From Candidatus Latescibacterota bacterium (GTDB lineage Bacteria > Latescibacterota > UBA2968 > UBA8231): a stretch of 64,000 nt of DNA. Positions within the stretch are counted from its first letter, which is position 1; every line of letters starts with the position of its first letter. The DNA is taken from positions 448,001-512,000 of the forward strand of contig OZ241867.1 of assembly GCA_965203175.1 (NCBI GenBank). The letters run 5' to 3'. This document shows positions 39,060 through 51,824 of the stretch, one piece after another. A model generated the notes under the pieces. The model had not been told where the DNA came from. It saw only the letters and a program-made list of their open reading frames with translations, and ran no database searches. Both the position numbers and the translations under genes were made by a program.

Positions 39060-40739
39060 CTACTGACGCGGAATCACCGGCAATAGTACGTGAGACGGAT
39101 GCACTCTGGAGTGTTGCACCGTCTGTTGCGCGCTGCGCATCTCCGTGTCCGTGCCGAGGTCGTTGCCGGTGTTGTGGTTTCTGTCGAAACGCGGAAAATT
39201 GGATGAGGACACTTCGACTCTGATCCTGTGCCCCTTCTTAAAGACATTGCCGGTGACGGCGAGATCAATCTCGTACTGGTACGTTTGCTCGGGCTGGAGC
39301 AACTTAGGGGAGGTAAATCCTTCGCGATAGCGCGCCCGGACGATGCCATCGCAGAGATTTTTGGCGTACCCACTAGTTGACACGTCCACCAGCTTGGCGG
39401 TCCAGTCGGTATCTAGCCCGTCTGTGGCCGCGTATAGAACAACCTTGATCGGTCCCGTCACCTCTAAGTCAGCTTCCAAAGGCTCGCTAGTGTAGCAGAG
39501 CACGTCAGACCTCATTTCCACATCGCGCTGGTCGTACGGCCCCCAGGGCACAATGTGGGGCGAGCAACAGTTGTTTCCGCCCACAGTTTGCACGGGAAAA
39601 TCGGGATCGTATACAAAGTGATCCGCAGGCTCGTCGCCCGGCTCCTCCGGCGCTAGACGGCCATCGCCCAACAGCGTATTGGCGTTGCCAGCAGAGTGCA
39701 GATACCACTTTTGCCAGTCGGTCCTAGCCAGCGGCCATTCGCTCTCGTCTCTCCATTCATTGACGCCCATTATGAAGAGCCGCAGCGGGGCCTCGCCGAC
39801 GATGCCGTTGTCAATGCCCTTCAGCCAGTAATCAAACCAACGCAACTCCAAATCCTCCAAGTCGTACAGCGAGTTCGCGCCGAAGTCGATGTCACCGGTC
39901 TTGGTAGAAACACTGAGCGCGTGCGGCCAGGGGCCGACAATGAGTTGACTTTGCCTAGCTTCGGGCGTCCGCCCGTGCATCCTTAGACCGTTGAAGTTGA
40001 TAAAGGTGTTGTGGGAATAGAGATCGTACCAGCCTCCCATTATCAGCGCAGGGGCTGCGATTTCGCCCCACTTGTTTTCGACGTTGACCGAGTCCCAGTA
40101 GGAGTCGTATTCAGTGTGCGTTACCCAATCCCGCCAAAACTGTAGCGTTCGGCCCGCCTGTTGATCCATGTCGATGAGGGGGATCGAACGAAAAGCCTCC
40201 GTCCAATTGTGGTACTCGATGCTTTGAGCGGTGCGGCCATTGGTCCGCATCCCCCACGTGAGGGCGACGTTGAGCTGAAATGCCCCGCCGGGGTGGATTA
40301 GGCCAGAGTACAGATCGCCGCACATAACCCTTGGTGCTATACACGTCAGGTACTGGCTGCGGTGCGGCGCGCTCTGCCACTGCACCCATCCGAGGTAGGA
40401 GCCTCCGGCCATGCCGATCTTGCCGTCGCTCCACTCCTGCTGGCCAATCCATTCCTGCGTATCAAAACCGTCTGGGCCGTGGCCGAACAGCGCGTAGTGC
40501 ACGCCATCGGAGTCCCAGCGCCCCCGCACGTCTTGGATGACGCAGGCATAACCGTTATTGGCCAGCCGCATGGCCTTCTCGATCATGAGCGGCGTGTTGT
40601 TGTCGTACGGCGTGCGCATCAGCACAGTCGGAAACCTACCCGATGCCTTCGGCAGATAGATGTCAGAAGAAAGATCGACACCGTCCCGCATAGGCGTTCG
40701 GATGTTCAATCTCATATCGACTGCGTAGTTTGGCTGCAT
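39060..40739 (-). CDS. CocE/NonD family hydrolase
   Basis: MRDGVDL, RTPY, QDVRGR, GGSYLG, SSSNFPRFDRN; start trimmed to the ATG at 40739. Confidence 0.92.
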   Translation of the reverse strand: MQPNYAVDMRLNIRTPMRDGVDLSSDIYLPKASGRFPTVLMRTPYDNNTPLMIEKAMRLANNGYACVIQDVRGRWDSDGVHYALFGHGPDGFDTQEWIGQQEWSDGKIGMAGGSYLGWVQWQSAPHRSQYLTCIAPRVMCGDLYSGLIHPGGAFQLNVALTWGMRTNGRTAQSIEYHNWTEAFRSIPLIDMDQQAGRTLQFWRDWVTHTEYDSYWDSVNVENKWGEIAAPALIMGGWYDLYSHNTFINFNGLRMHGRTPEARQSQLIVGPWPHALSVSTKTGDIDFGANSLYDLEDLELRWFDYWLKGIDNGIVGEAPLRLFIMGVNEWRDESEWPLARTDWQKWYLHSAGNANTLLGDGRLAPEEPGDEPADHFVYDPDFPVQTVGGNNCCSPHIVPWGPYDQRDVEMRSDVLCYTSEPLEADLEVTGPIKVVLYAATDGLDTDWTAKLVDVSTSGYAKNLCDGIVRARYREGFTSPKLLQPEQTYQYEIDLAVTGNVFKKGHRIRVEVSSSNFPRFDRNHNTGNDLGTDTEMRSAQQTVQHSRVHPSHVLLPVIPRQ

Positions 40740-40773
40740 GGTGGGCCTCGGTGGGTTGAAGAGTAGCCGCGTT

Positions 40774-41067
40774 CTATTGGTTGCGAATCGCCTCGATTTT
40801 GGCGTCGCGCTCGGCAAAGAGTTCATTGCGAACTTTGCTCATTTGCTCCTGCACTTGGCGGCGCGCTTCGGCGAGGGCCTGTGGGTCTGCACCCGTGGCC
40901 TGCTCTAGCTGCCCCTTGAGCGCGATCTCTTGCTCGGCCCACTTGGCCTCGTACTGCTTGCGCACTTGGTCGATGGCCTCTTTCTGCTCGTCTGTCAGCT
41001 TGATCTCCTCTGCGCCCCCGACTGCGGCGTTGGCCTTTTCCATGGCCAGTTCAAGTGCCGATTTCAT
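40774..41067 (-). CDS. Conserved hypothetical helical protein (MKSALELAMEK type)
   Basis: AGGAG SD before the ATG at 41067; coiled-coil-like composition. Confidence 0.7.
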   Translation of the reverse strand: MKSALELAMEKANAAVGGAEEIKLTDEQKEAIDQVRKQYEAKWAEQEIALKGQLEQATGADPQALAEARRQVQEQMSKVRNELFAERDAKIEAIRNQ

Positions 41068-41199
41068 GGCAAACTCTCCTAGGTTGACATCGCCTGACAA
41101 CGGCCTTAACATCGCAAAAAAGATAGAGGCTGGCCGCAATCGCGACAAATTGCGTCGTCCGCCCCCTATTATCCAACTCACCACACCAAAAGGAACCCC

Positions 41200-41643
41200 A
41201 TGTCCAAACAGTGGAAGGTCTATCTATCCGGCGAGATTCACAGCGACTGGCGCGAGCGCATCGTCCAAGCGGCCAGCGACCTGCCGGTCGAGTTCACCGC
41301 TCCGGTCACCGATCACGCGGCCAGCGACAACTGCGGCGTCGATATTCTCGGGCCGGAGGAAAGCGGATTTTGGAAGGATCACAAAGGCGCGCAACTCAAC
41401 GCCATCCGCACCCGCACCCTAATCCGCGACGCCGACTTGGTGGTGGTGCGCTTCGGCGACCAGTACCGCCAGTGGAACGCGGCTTTTGACGCGGGGTTTG
41501 CCGCCGCTTGCAACAAGCCGCTGATCGTCCTCCACCCGCCCGAGTTGCAACACGCGCTCAAGGAAGTGGATGCGGCCGCGCTCGCCGTGGCCAGTGAGCC
41601 CGAGCAAGTCGCGGACATACTGCGCTACGTCATCGAAAAGTAG
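41200..41643 (+). CDS. YtoQ family protein (nucleoside 2-deoxyribosyltransferase-like)
   Basis: VYLSGEIHSDWRE, NAIRTR, YRQWNAAFDAG, HALKEVD. Confidence 0.9.
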   Translation: MSKQWKVYLSGEIHSDWRERIVQAASDLPVEFTAPVTDHAASDNCGVDILGPEESGFWKDHKGAQLNAIRTRTLIRDADLVVVRFGDQYRQWNAAFDAGFAAACNKPLIVLHPPELQHALKEVDAAALAVASEPEQVADILRYVIEK

Positions 41644-44193
41644 TCAGCGCAGCAAAATCATCTTGTGCTGCGCGCGGTAGGAATCGGCTTTGAGCGCGTA
41701 GAAGTAGAGGCCGCTCCGGTAGCCAGCCGCGTCCCACTCCACTTCGTGTCGCCCCGGCAGCATCCGCCTCTCCACCAGCCGCTCGACCTCCTGCCCCAAG
41801 ACATTGTACACCGTTAGTTGTACCAAGCTGGCAACGGGCAAATCAAAGCGGATTTTGGTCGTTGGATTGAACGGATTGGGCGCGTTTGGGTGCAAGGCGT
41901 AGTGCTCGGGACGCGGCTGCACCCCCTTTTGCGCTTCGACGGGCTGGTCAGACCCCAATTCCAGCGTCCCCTCGCCCGCTAGCTCTAGCACGATCAGGTC
42001 GCCTTCGACAGCCGTGCCCCACCATTCGCCGCCGAGAAAGCGAGCCGCGGTCCACTCGTTCCCCCAATGGGGTATCTTTAACTGATAGCCCGCGTCGGGA
42101 CCGCGCACGAAACCTGCATAGTCGTCTCGCTCCATACTCACGTCTATTACTTCGCTGGCGCGGAACACCGTCTCTCCGTCGGCCAAAAGATAGGTCGCGT
42201 CTTGCGCTACAAAGCGAGAGAGTTGCCCATCTACATAGCGGACATAGCCGAAGCGAGCGTCGCTGACCAAGTGCGCATCCGGTCCGGATACAGCGGCCTC
42301 AGACGCATTGCCGCTGCGGAGCCAAGCCAAATCCCGCACCCCGGCCAACGCGACCAAAGCCGCCTCAGCGCCTTGTGCGGATGCGGTCTCAAACGCCGGA
42401 TTGGCCTCCCTAATCGCCCGAGGATACAATAACGCTAGGTACCTCCCATCGACGCCCTCTTGCTGCACCCGCAACACCGCGTGGGTCTGCTCTTGGCGAT
42501 AGTCAAAGGAGTGGAGCGCCTCGCTCTCAAGCGCAACCCGACCGGGCTGATCGGGCAAAAAAGCCAGCAACTCGGCCTTGTCCCGCGTCCAACGCGCCAA
42601 GTTGCCCGCGCGCACATACGCGCCCCCGCTGGTGCCGCCGCCATTGCCGTGCAGCCGCCACTCGTAGGCGTGGCGACGACTCGGATCGTCGATTTCGTCG
42701 GCCACGAGGAAGTAGCTGTGGTCGGCAAAAAAGACCCGCCGCCTCAGCTCGACACCCCGGTAGGCAGCGCGGACTTCCGCGTAGTCGCCAGCGTCACTCG
42801 TGAAGAATTCCTCGATAAAGGCATCATTGCGATCGCCGATGGTTCCCACCACGGGCAAGATCCGGCGCGGCGGCCCCTTGCCATCGACCAGGACCACGTT
42901 GTGGTCTCGGCCTTTGTTGACCTTGTCGTGGTTGTCAAAATTGATGTACCCCGCATCTAGGGCCAGCATTTCGCCGTCGGCGTAGATCACAAAGCTGGTC
43001 CCGTCGGGGTGCTCGTGCGCGAATCCGTGCTCGCGGGCCGTGCCGTTTTCGCCGCGCAAGAGCATGTAGGTAGCCGCAGCCGACCAATCGCTGCGGAAGA
43101 CGGCGTCGCCAGCCCCGGGCATAAAAACCGACGGGCCGTGCGTTGGCTCTTGCGCGGGCACGCTGTCGTCGTACAGGGCAATAGCGTCCATCTCGGAAAA
43201 CTGGCGCACGTACAGGCCGCGCTCGTTGTTTTCCCAGTCCCAGCGATGGACCCCGCCGTTGGCTTGCACGGCCGCTAGGTAATGCCCGTAGAAATCGTCT
43301 AAATGTCCGTCGTCGATGTTGGGCCGCCGGCCATTGGGCAGCCGCAGGTTCAGGGACCACTCGTGCATCTTCTCGATCTTGGGATCGGCAAACAAGTCCA
43401 AGCCGGTGCGGTTCTTGAGCGCGAACAAGTAAGGTAAATAGACATCTGCGGCGTAGCGGCTGTAAAACGGCCCCTCTGCGTACCCCCCGTCCCTTCCTTC
43501 GATCTGGAAGTCGAGGCTGCTGGTGACCATCTCAAAGGCGCGATCAGCCCATTCCTGCGGCGTGCCCTCGCCATTGGCGTACTCGCTCAAGGCCATGGCC
43601 GCCAGCCCGAGGCCGCCGTACGCGCGGATGTGCCAGTTGTCGAGATGCGGAGTCTCGTGCAAGAGAATTCTGACTGGGAACAGCCCAAACCCCACCTTGC
43701 CAATCACAATGCCCTTCCACAGGCGGTCGGCTTCCTCGCCGAGGATTGACCGCATCTCCTGCAGGGCTTGGGGGTCGTTGGCCGCAGCATAGGAATGAAG
43801 GATGTCGTACGCCACGGCGTACTGGGCCACGACCTCGCCCTCGTTGTGCGGCTCCCCCAAATCGCCTCCCCGCGGCGGGAACGCGACCTCTTGCATCACT
43901 TCCAACGCGCGCTCGGCAAACGCGGCATTATCGGTCATCAGCCAGGCGAAGGCGAGGGATTTAGCGTAGCGGACCTCGGCGCGTTCGTCAACAAAGGTCG
44001 CCGGGGCGTTCCGCGCCCGCTGCAACACAATCCGCCACCACGTGGCATACGGTTCGCGCTGGATGCGCTCTTTGAGCAGGGGAATGTCTTCGGCGGAAAA
44101 AAGCAGGCCCGGATGCACTTCAGCAGACAGTGTCTGCGCGGCAGCACCCACAGGCACAAAAGCCAAGGCAGCGCAAAGGGCCAAGACGATCAT
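41644..44193 (-). CDS. Heparinase II/III-family polysaccharide lyase-like protein with T9SS-like tail
   Basis: HPGLLF, DNWH, DGGYAEGPFY, HEHPD...DAG, HNVVLVDG; NAPNPFNP tail; alternative TTG start at 44223. Confidence 0.85.
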   Translation of the reverse strand: MIVLALCAALAFVPVGAAAQTLSAEVHPGLLFSAEDIPLLKERIQREPYATWWRIVLQRARNAPATFVDERAEVRYAKSLAFAWLMTDNAAFAERALEVMQEVAFPPRGGDLGEPHNEGEVVAQYAVAYDILHSYAAANDPQALQEMRSILGEEADRLWKGIVIGKVGFGLFPVRILLHETPHLDNWHIRAYGGLGLAAMALSEYANGEGTPQEWADRAFEMVTSSLDFQIEGRDGGYAEGPFYSRYAADVYLPYLFALKNRTGLDLFADPKIEKMHEWSLNLRLPNGRRPNIDDGHLDDFYGHYLAAVQANGGVHRWDWENNERGLYVRQFSEMDAIALYDDSVPAQEPTHGPSVFMPGAGDAVFRSDWSAAATYMLLRGENGTAREHGFAHEHPDGTSFVIYADGEMLALDAGYINFDNHDKVNKGRDHNVVLVDGKGPPRRILPVVGTIGDRNDAFIEEFFTSDAGDYAEVRAAYRGVELRRRVFFADHSYFLVADEIDDPSRRHAYEWRLHGNGGGTSGGAYVRAGNLARWTRDKAELLAFLPDQPGRVALESEALHSFDYRQEQTHAVLRVQQEGVDGRYLALLYPRAIREANPAFETASAQGAEAALVALAGVRDLAWLRSGNASEAAVSGPDAHLVSDARFGYVRYVDGQLSRFVAQDATYLLADGETVFRASEVIDVSMERDDYAGFVRGPDAGYQLKIPHWGNEWTAARFLGGEWWGTAVEGDLIVLELAGEGTLELGSDQPVEAQKGVQPRPEHYALHPNAPNPFNPTTKIRFDLPVASLVQLTVYNVLGQEVERLVERRMLPGRHEVEWDAAGYRSGLYFYALKADSYRAQHKMILLR

Positions 44194-44200
44194 ACGCCCT

Positions 44201-44818
44201 CTAAAAGACGCGGCGCAAATCAAAGCCCCACAGCAGACCCAAGGTGACGTAGCCCTTGCCGACTAGGACCTTGAAACCGCCGACGGTCCGGCCCGGAGCA
44301 TCGAAAAACAATCCCAGGGTTCCATACGCCGTCGCTGGACTTAGGTGGCGGTAGCCTCCCCCGGCAAACAGCTTGCCCGGTCGGCCGGCGATCCACACCT
44401 CGTCGAGGACAATATAGGCCAAATCCGCACTGAGCGAGCGCAGCCAATCCGTGCCGCCCGAGCAGCGGTAGTCCGCCACGCGGTATCCAGTCCGCGTATC
44501 GAAGCAGTAGGTACGGGTGGGATAGGGCCGGAAGAAACGCGGGTCGTAATCGTCGCCCTCGTGAAAACTCACATCGAACACATTGGCCGAGCAGATGAGG
44601 CGCAAGCGATTGAAGACCGCCCTAAACCCCAAGGGAACGCGCACGCCCGAGCCGCGATGATCCAAGTTGATAAAACCCACGCCTACCGCAGCATAGTACC
44701 CGTCGTGCTTCCGTTTGGGTACCTCTTCGGGCACAGCGTCTTGGATGCGCACAGCCTCGACTCCGCTCGCCAACAGCAAGCCGATCCAGATGAGGTGTAT
44801 GTATGCGCGCGGTATCAC
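44201..44818 (-). CDS. Hypothetical exported protein, possible small outer-membrane beta-barrel
   Basis: Signal peptide VEA|V, alternating aromatic beta-strands, C-terminal Phe. Confidence 0.65.
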   Translation of the reverse strand: MIPRAYIHLIWIGLLLASGVEAVRIQDAVPEEVPKRKHDGYYAAVGVGFINLDHRGSGVRVPLGFRAVFNRLRLICSANVFDVSFHEGDDYDPRFFRPYPTRTYCFDTRTGYRVADYRCSGGTDWLRSLSADLAYIVLDEVWIAGRPGKLFAGGGYRHLSPATAYGTLGLFFDAPGRTVGGFKVLVGKGYVTLGLLWGFDLRRVF

Positions 44819-44897
44819 CCGTTTGTCCTCTACCTATACAACAGATGCTGTTCTCTACAGTATATGAATGGGACGACTGATGTTCAATGTCACGGCA

Positions 44898-45557
44898 TCA
44901 GTGCGGAGGTTGAAAAAGATCTAATTGCAGATTGTACAAATTGCACATTTGTGCTAAGAATCGCGTCTGTCCACCATAGCTAGGGTGCCGTACCTGAAAG
45001 ACTCTGTGCTGATATTCCAAGCATTGTGCTGTTCGTGCCGCATCATTCCCAATCGCAACTAGTCGGCGCGGCTTCAAAAGAAGGATGAGTTGAGAGAGAA
45101 ATTCCTCTCCGGTCCTGCGCTCAAAAGAATTATGAGATCGATTACTGAAAGGATTACCGGGTTCGTGGGGGTGCAATGGGAAAACATTCCACAGGAAGAC
45201 GGGCACCTCGATCTGTGAAAGAACGCTCCAGATAACAGCGGCTGTCCTCTCAGCAACTACGCCACCTTTCGTTGGCTTCTTAATAGCTAGCCCCCACCTT
45301 GCGGCGTATTCGTGAACATGCACATCATCTGTTAAGGCAAGCCCTGTCCGCCTACCGCCGCGATAGCCAAGATCGCGGCCGATCCACATAGAATCAATAT
45401 CCTGTTTTGTTGCAGCCTCAAGTACAGTCAATAATGTTTGTAAACGGCGTTGTGGTGCATCATCTAGGTCGTGAACGACACAGCGATTTGAATAAGGGTT
45501 AAAGGAATTCTCAAATTTCAGCTTACTCAATGCCTCTACAAATCGCACCGGGTCCAT
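44898..45557 (-). CDS. Uracil-DNA glycosylase superfamily protein (SMUG2-like)
   Basis: GRDLGYRGGRRTG, ERTAAVIW, LWNVFPLHPH...SNR, VAIGN, VRHPSYGG. Confidence 0.85.
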   Translation of the reverse strand: MDPVRFVEALSKLKFENSFNPYSNRCVVHDLDDAPQRRLQTLLTVLEAATKQDIDSMWIGRDLGYRGGRRTGLALTDDVHVHEYAARWGLAIKKPTKGGVVAERTAAVIWSVLSQIEVPVFLWNVFPLHPHEPGNPFSNRSHNSFERRTGEEFLSQLILLLKPRRLVAIGNDAARTAQCLEYQHRVFQVRHPSYGGQTRFLAQMCNLYNLQLDLFQPPH

Positions 45558-45563
45558 GCTTTA

Positions 45564-45911
45564 TTATCCATCAATTACAGCCCGATCCTTGGCGCGACGA
45601 CGGATCCTTGAACGGATTTTCTCGCCATTCTGGACCAGTTCTCTCGATAATTCGTAAACCTTCTGAGCATTCATCCAGAACTCTGGAGTCTGGCCGAAGT
45701 ACTCGCCAAGGGCGATCGCCGTCTCAGCCGTCACGCCGCGTCGTTCGTGAACGATTTCATGGAGCCTCGTGGCGGGCAGGTCGATGTCCCGCGCCAATCC
45801 ATTGACGGTCAGCCCCATATCCTCAATCTGCTCTAGAAGAAAAGCACCGGGATGAGTGGCAATCCGATCTGTGGGTACATTCATCACATTACCTCTCTGT
45901 TCCTCATTCAT
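45564..45911 (-). CDS. higA: HigA family antitoxin (XRE HTH)
   Basis: THPG, LARDI, RGVTAETAIALGEYFGQTPEFWMNAQKVYEL. Confidence 0.92.
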   Translation of the reverse strand: MNEEQRGNVMNVPTDRIATHPGAFLLEQIEDMGLTVNGLARDIDLPATRLHEIVHERRGVTAETAIALGEYFGQTPEFWMNAQKVYELSRELVQNGEKIRSRIRRRAKDRAVIDG

Positions 45912-46188
45912 AGTGGTTACTCAACTCAACCTCGAAGGCGTCCCCATCCTTCCATACGAAGCATATCCGCCAGCCGCGTGAAACGCGGATGCTATACTGG
46001 TCTTGTCGATCCCCCTTGAGCTGTTCGAGCCGATTCCCTGGCGGAATCCGAAGATCGTGAAGGCTAGCAGCAGAGTTGATACGATCCAGCTTCCCTCGCG
46101 CTCGTTGCAGGAGTTGTATGGGAAAGGATCTGTCGCGCACACCGTAGAAAACGTTCGCAGTACGCTTATCAGCAAAAGATACGATCAT
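45904..46188 (-). CDS. higB: HigB/RelE family toxin
   Basis: MIVSFADK, DLRIPPGNRLEQLKGDRQDQYSIRV..WRICFVW; toxin-first gene order. Confidence 0.93.
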   Translation of the reverse strand: MIVSFADKRTANVFYGVRDRSFPIQLLQRARGKLDRINSAASLHDLRIPPGNRLEQLKGDRQDQYSIRVSRGWRICFVWKDGDAFEVELSNHYE

Positions 46189-46196
46189 GGCACAAC

Positions 46197-46220
46197 ATTA
46201 CGAATGACGTAATACGTCAA
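46197..46220 (-). promoter_or_regulatory. higBA promoter/operator with two overlapping palindromes
   Basis: ATTACG-N5-CGTAAT (46197-46213) and TGACGT-N3-ACGTCA (46205-46219), overlapping a minus-strand TTGACG -35 box. Confidence 0.7.
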
Positions 46221-46299
46221 GAGTAAGTCAATTACACCAGAGAGCGCAACGGCTGCGGTTGGCCTTGCCCCCTCTACCTCGCCCCGTATTTTACCCTAC

Positions 46300-47136
46300 A
46301 TGATCCGCAAGGTACAGTCCACTGCCATCGCCTTGCTCCTGGTAACCAATGCCAGTTGCCTAGCCCCATCTGACGACGGCGCTGAACCCGCTGCTCTCCA
46401 GCCGCAACAGCCCGCTGAAATCCCCACGTACTCCTACCGAGTCGCCCACTCCTTCCCTCACGATCCAGACGCCTATACCCAAGGGCTACTCTACGACAAC
46501 GGCTTTCTCTACGAAAGCACCGGCCAGTACGGCCAGTCGTCCCTGCGCAAAGTCGAGCTCGAAACAGGGGCCGTCGTACAGCTCCACCAGCTAGACGACC
46601 GCTTCTTCGCCGAGGGGCTTGCCCTCTTCGGCAATCGCCTCCTCCAGCTAACTTGGCGGGCCAACAAGGGCTTTGCCTATCGTCTCGATTCTTTTGAGCA
46701 GCTAGCGGAATTCGCCTATCCCACCGAGGGCTGGGGGCTGACGTACGACGGCGAATTACTCATTATGAGCGATGGCAGCGCGACTCTGTACTTCCGCGAT
46801 CCGTTCACCTTTGCCGAGGTGGGCCGAATCGCCGTCGTGGCCCAAGGCCGCCCCGTATCTCAACTCAACGAACTGGAATGGATCGCCGGCGAGGTCTTTG
46901 CCAATATCTGGCAGACCGACACCATCGCCCGCATCGACCCAGCGACCGGCCAAGTCGCGGGGTGGATCGACCTAACCGGACTGCTGAACAACGAAGACCG
47001 CCGTGGCTCTAACGCCGAGGTGCTCAATGGCATTGCCTACGACTCCAAGGGCGAGCGGCTCTTCGTCACCGGCAAGTGGTGGCCCAAGCTCTACCAAATC
47101 GAACTCATATCCCCTTCACCGAAAGGAACACCATGA
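46300..47136 (+). CDS. Glutaminyl-peptide cyclotransferase (type I QC), probable lipoprotein
   Basis: PHDPDAYTQGL, ESTGQYG, FAEGL, QLTW, EGWGLT, LNELEW, VLNGIA, TGKWW; Cys-containing signal (NASC). Confidence 0.93.
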   Translation: MIRKVQSTAIALLLVTNASCLAPSDDGAEPAALQPQQPAEIPTYSYRVAHSFPHDPDAYTQGLLYDNGFLYESTGQYGQSSLRKVELETGAVVQLHQLDDRFFAEGLALFGNRLLQLTWRANKGFAYRLDSFEQLAEFAYPTEGWGLTYDGELLIMSDGSATLYFRDPFTFAEVGRIAVVAQGRPVSQLNELEWIAGEVFANIWQTDTIARIDPATGQVAGWIDLTGLLNNEDRRGSNAEVLNGIAYDSKGERLFVTGKWWPKLYQIELISPSPKGTP

Positions 47137-47648
47137 CCCAAGACCGCGTCCCCGTGTGCATCGCCGTGCTCACGGTCTCCGACACCCGCGACGAAGCAAC
47201 CGACAAGTCCGGCAAGCTGCTAGTCGAACGCCTCGAAGCGGCTGGCCACGTTCTGCACGAAAAGCAAATCCTGCCCGACGACATCTATCAGCTCCGCGCC
47301 CAAGTCTCGCAGTGGATCGCCGAGCCCCGCGTCCAAGCCATCGTCACCACCGGCGGCACCGGCCTCACGGGCCGCGACGGCACGCCCGAGGCCGTCAGCG
47401 TACTCTTCGACAAGGAAATCGAGGGCTTTGGCGAGGTCTTCCGCGTGCTCTCCTACGAGGAAATCGGCACTGCGACCTTGCAGTCGCGCTGCGTGGCCGG
47501 CGTCGCCAACAGCACCTACATCTTCTGCCTGCCTGGCTCCTCAGGGGCTTGTGCCACCGGCTGGGACAAGCTCATCGGGCCGCAGCTAGATTCCACCAAC
47601 CAGCCCTGTAACCTCGTCGATCTGATGCCGAGATTGTCCGAAATTTGA
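47133..47648 (+). CDS. moaB: Molybdenum cofactor biosynthesis protein B
   Basis: VLTVSDTR, TTGGTG..GRDGTPEA, QSR, CLPGS; ATGA overlap with the QC gene. Confidence 0.93.
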   Translation: MTQDRVPVCIAVLTVSDTRDEATDKSGKLLVERLEAAGHVLHEKQILPDDIYQLRAQVSQWIAEPRVQAIVTTGGTGLTGRDGTPEAVSVLFDKEIEGFGEVFRVLSYEEIGTATLQSRCVAGVANSTYIFCLPGSSGACATGWDKLIGPQLDSTNQPCNLVDLMPRLSEI

Positions 47649-47680
47649 CGAGAGGTGTTGCGCACCGGCCCCTTGGGTAG

Positions 47681-47707
47681 GAGATACTTCGCTTCGCTAG
47701 TATGACA
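47681..47707. repeat. Degenerate REP-like half element
   Basis: gagatacttcgcttcgctagtatgaca resembles the widespread GAT.CTTCGCT.CGCTCAG.ATGACA intergenic repeat (from memory); single copy in this window. Confidence 0.45.
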
Positions 47708-47725
47708 GGTGCTGACGTATCTAGC

Positions 47726-50599
<2,874 letters not shown>

Positions 50600-50617
50600 A
50601 GTGTGTGTCCTCTTGCG

Positions 50618-51556
50618 TTAGTGCAGGCCCCAATCGGACCCGTCGTCGTCGTAGTAATAGGCCGCTTCCTGCATCTCTACGCGGCTCTTTTCGGTGAGGC
50701 GCAGCGGCGCTGACATCTTTTGCAGCAAGCCCTTTTCAACCAGCCATTCGCAGGCGAAGTCCGCGCCTTCCATCTTGAAGTGCTCCTCTATTTCCGACAC
50801 CGTGCGCATAGACTCGGCCTCCTCCAAATACTCGAGTAGAGGGCGAAACAGGTCCCAGATGTGGTCGTCGAGGTAGGTCTCTACGCGCTGGAGGGCCGCC
50901 TTGAGGGTGCGGGCGTTTTTGGGAGCGGCGATGAGATCCGTGTAGATCGCGTTGAAGAACTCGGGATTAAAGGCGAGGGCTTGGTGAATGACCTCGCGGC
51001 CCGGGGCTTGGCCGTTGAGGATGCACTCGACGCTGGCGAGCTGGTCGGCCACGTTGAGCAGCCACAGGAAGCTGTAGTTGTAGTCCTTCTTCACCTGGTA
51101 CCACTTCTGGGCTTTGGCCAAGGTGGCCAACAGCGGCAGGGCGCGCCGCAGCAACTGGTAGTCGCGGTCGCGCGCGCCAATGCGCTCGGCATCTTTGTAC
51201 CACGCGGCAATGGACTCATCCTTGGAGAACAGGAGGGTGCTGTGGGCGAAGGTAAAGTCGAGCCACCCGCCCTGGCGCGAGCCTTCTATGTTCAACTGGA
51301 ACCGCTTGCGCGGAATGAGATTGGCGTGGATGATGACGCCTTCTTCGGTGAGGCAATGGTCTTCGTAGCGCCGCACTTTGGGGTCGTCGGCCATGACGAT
51401 CCACAAGTCGATGTCCGACTTCTCCCAAACTTGATCGTACGAGTATGAGCCATAGACGATGGCGGCCAAAACTGTGCGGTCTTGCTGGAGCTTTTGGGTC
51501 AAGGCGTCGAGCGCCCGGCGATAGCGCTCTTGGACGGCCTGTTGCGACCGAGACAT
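50618..51556 (-). CDS. Nucleotidyltransferase (Pol-beta/MNT) domain protein with helical and C-terminal wHTH-like regions
   Basis: [21 protein letters not shown] carries the GS...DxD motif. Confidence 0.75.
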   Translation of the reverse strand: MSRSQQAVQERYRRALDALTQKLQQDRTVLAAIVYGSYSYDQVWEKSDIDLWIVMADDPKVRRYEDHCLTEEGVIIHANLIPRKRFQLNIEGSRQGGWLDFTFAHSTLLFSKDESIAAWYKDAERIGARDRDYQLLRRALPLLATLAKAQKWYQVKKDYNYSFLWLLNVADQLASVECILNGQAPGREVIHQALAFNPEFFNAIYTDLIAAPKNARTLKAALQRVETYLDDHIWDLFRPLLEYLEEAESMRTVSEIEEHFKMEGADFACEWLVEKGLLQKMSAPLRLTEKSRVEMQEAAYYYDDDGSDWGLH

Positions 51557-51824
51557 GGCAATTCCTGACGAGGAGACCTAACGTACGAGCGGCCCAAAAT
51601 ATACTGAACATACGTGTAGTTGTCAAGCTGCCGCAGGGTCTAACTGTGTGGCGTTTTCCGAAGGCGTCCGGCTCGGCGGCGCTAGCCCCTGTTGCGCCGC
51701 CGCCAAGCATCAACGAAGCGCATCGCATTTCTTTGCACGGGTTGGCCCTGTATCCTATCTTGTCGGCTCTAGGTCTCATACTTCCCGGCACTCTATCCGT
51801 TGGCCGGGATGTGGAGTAAGACCC

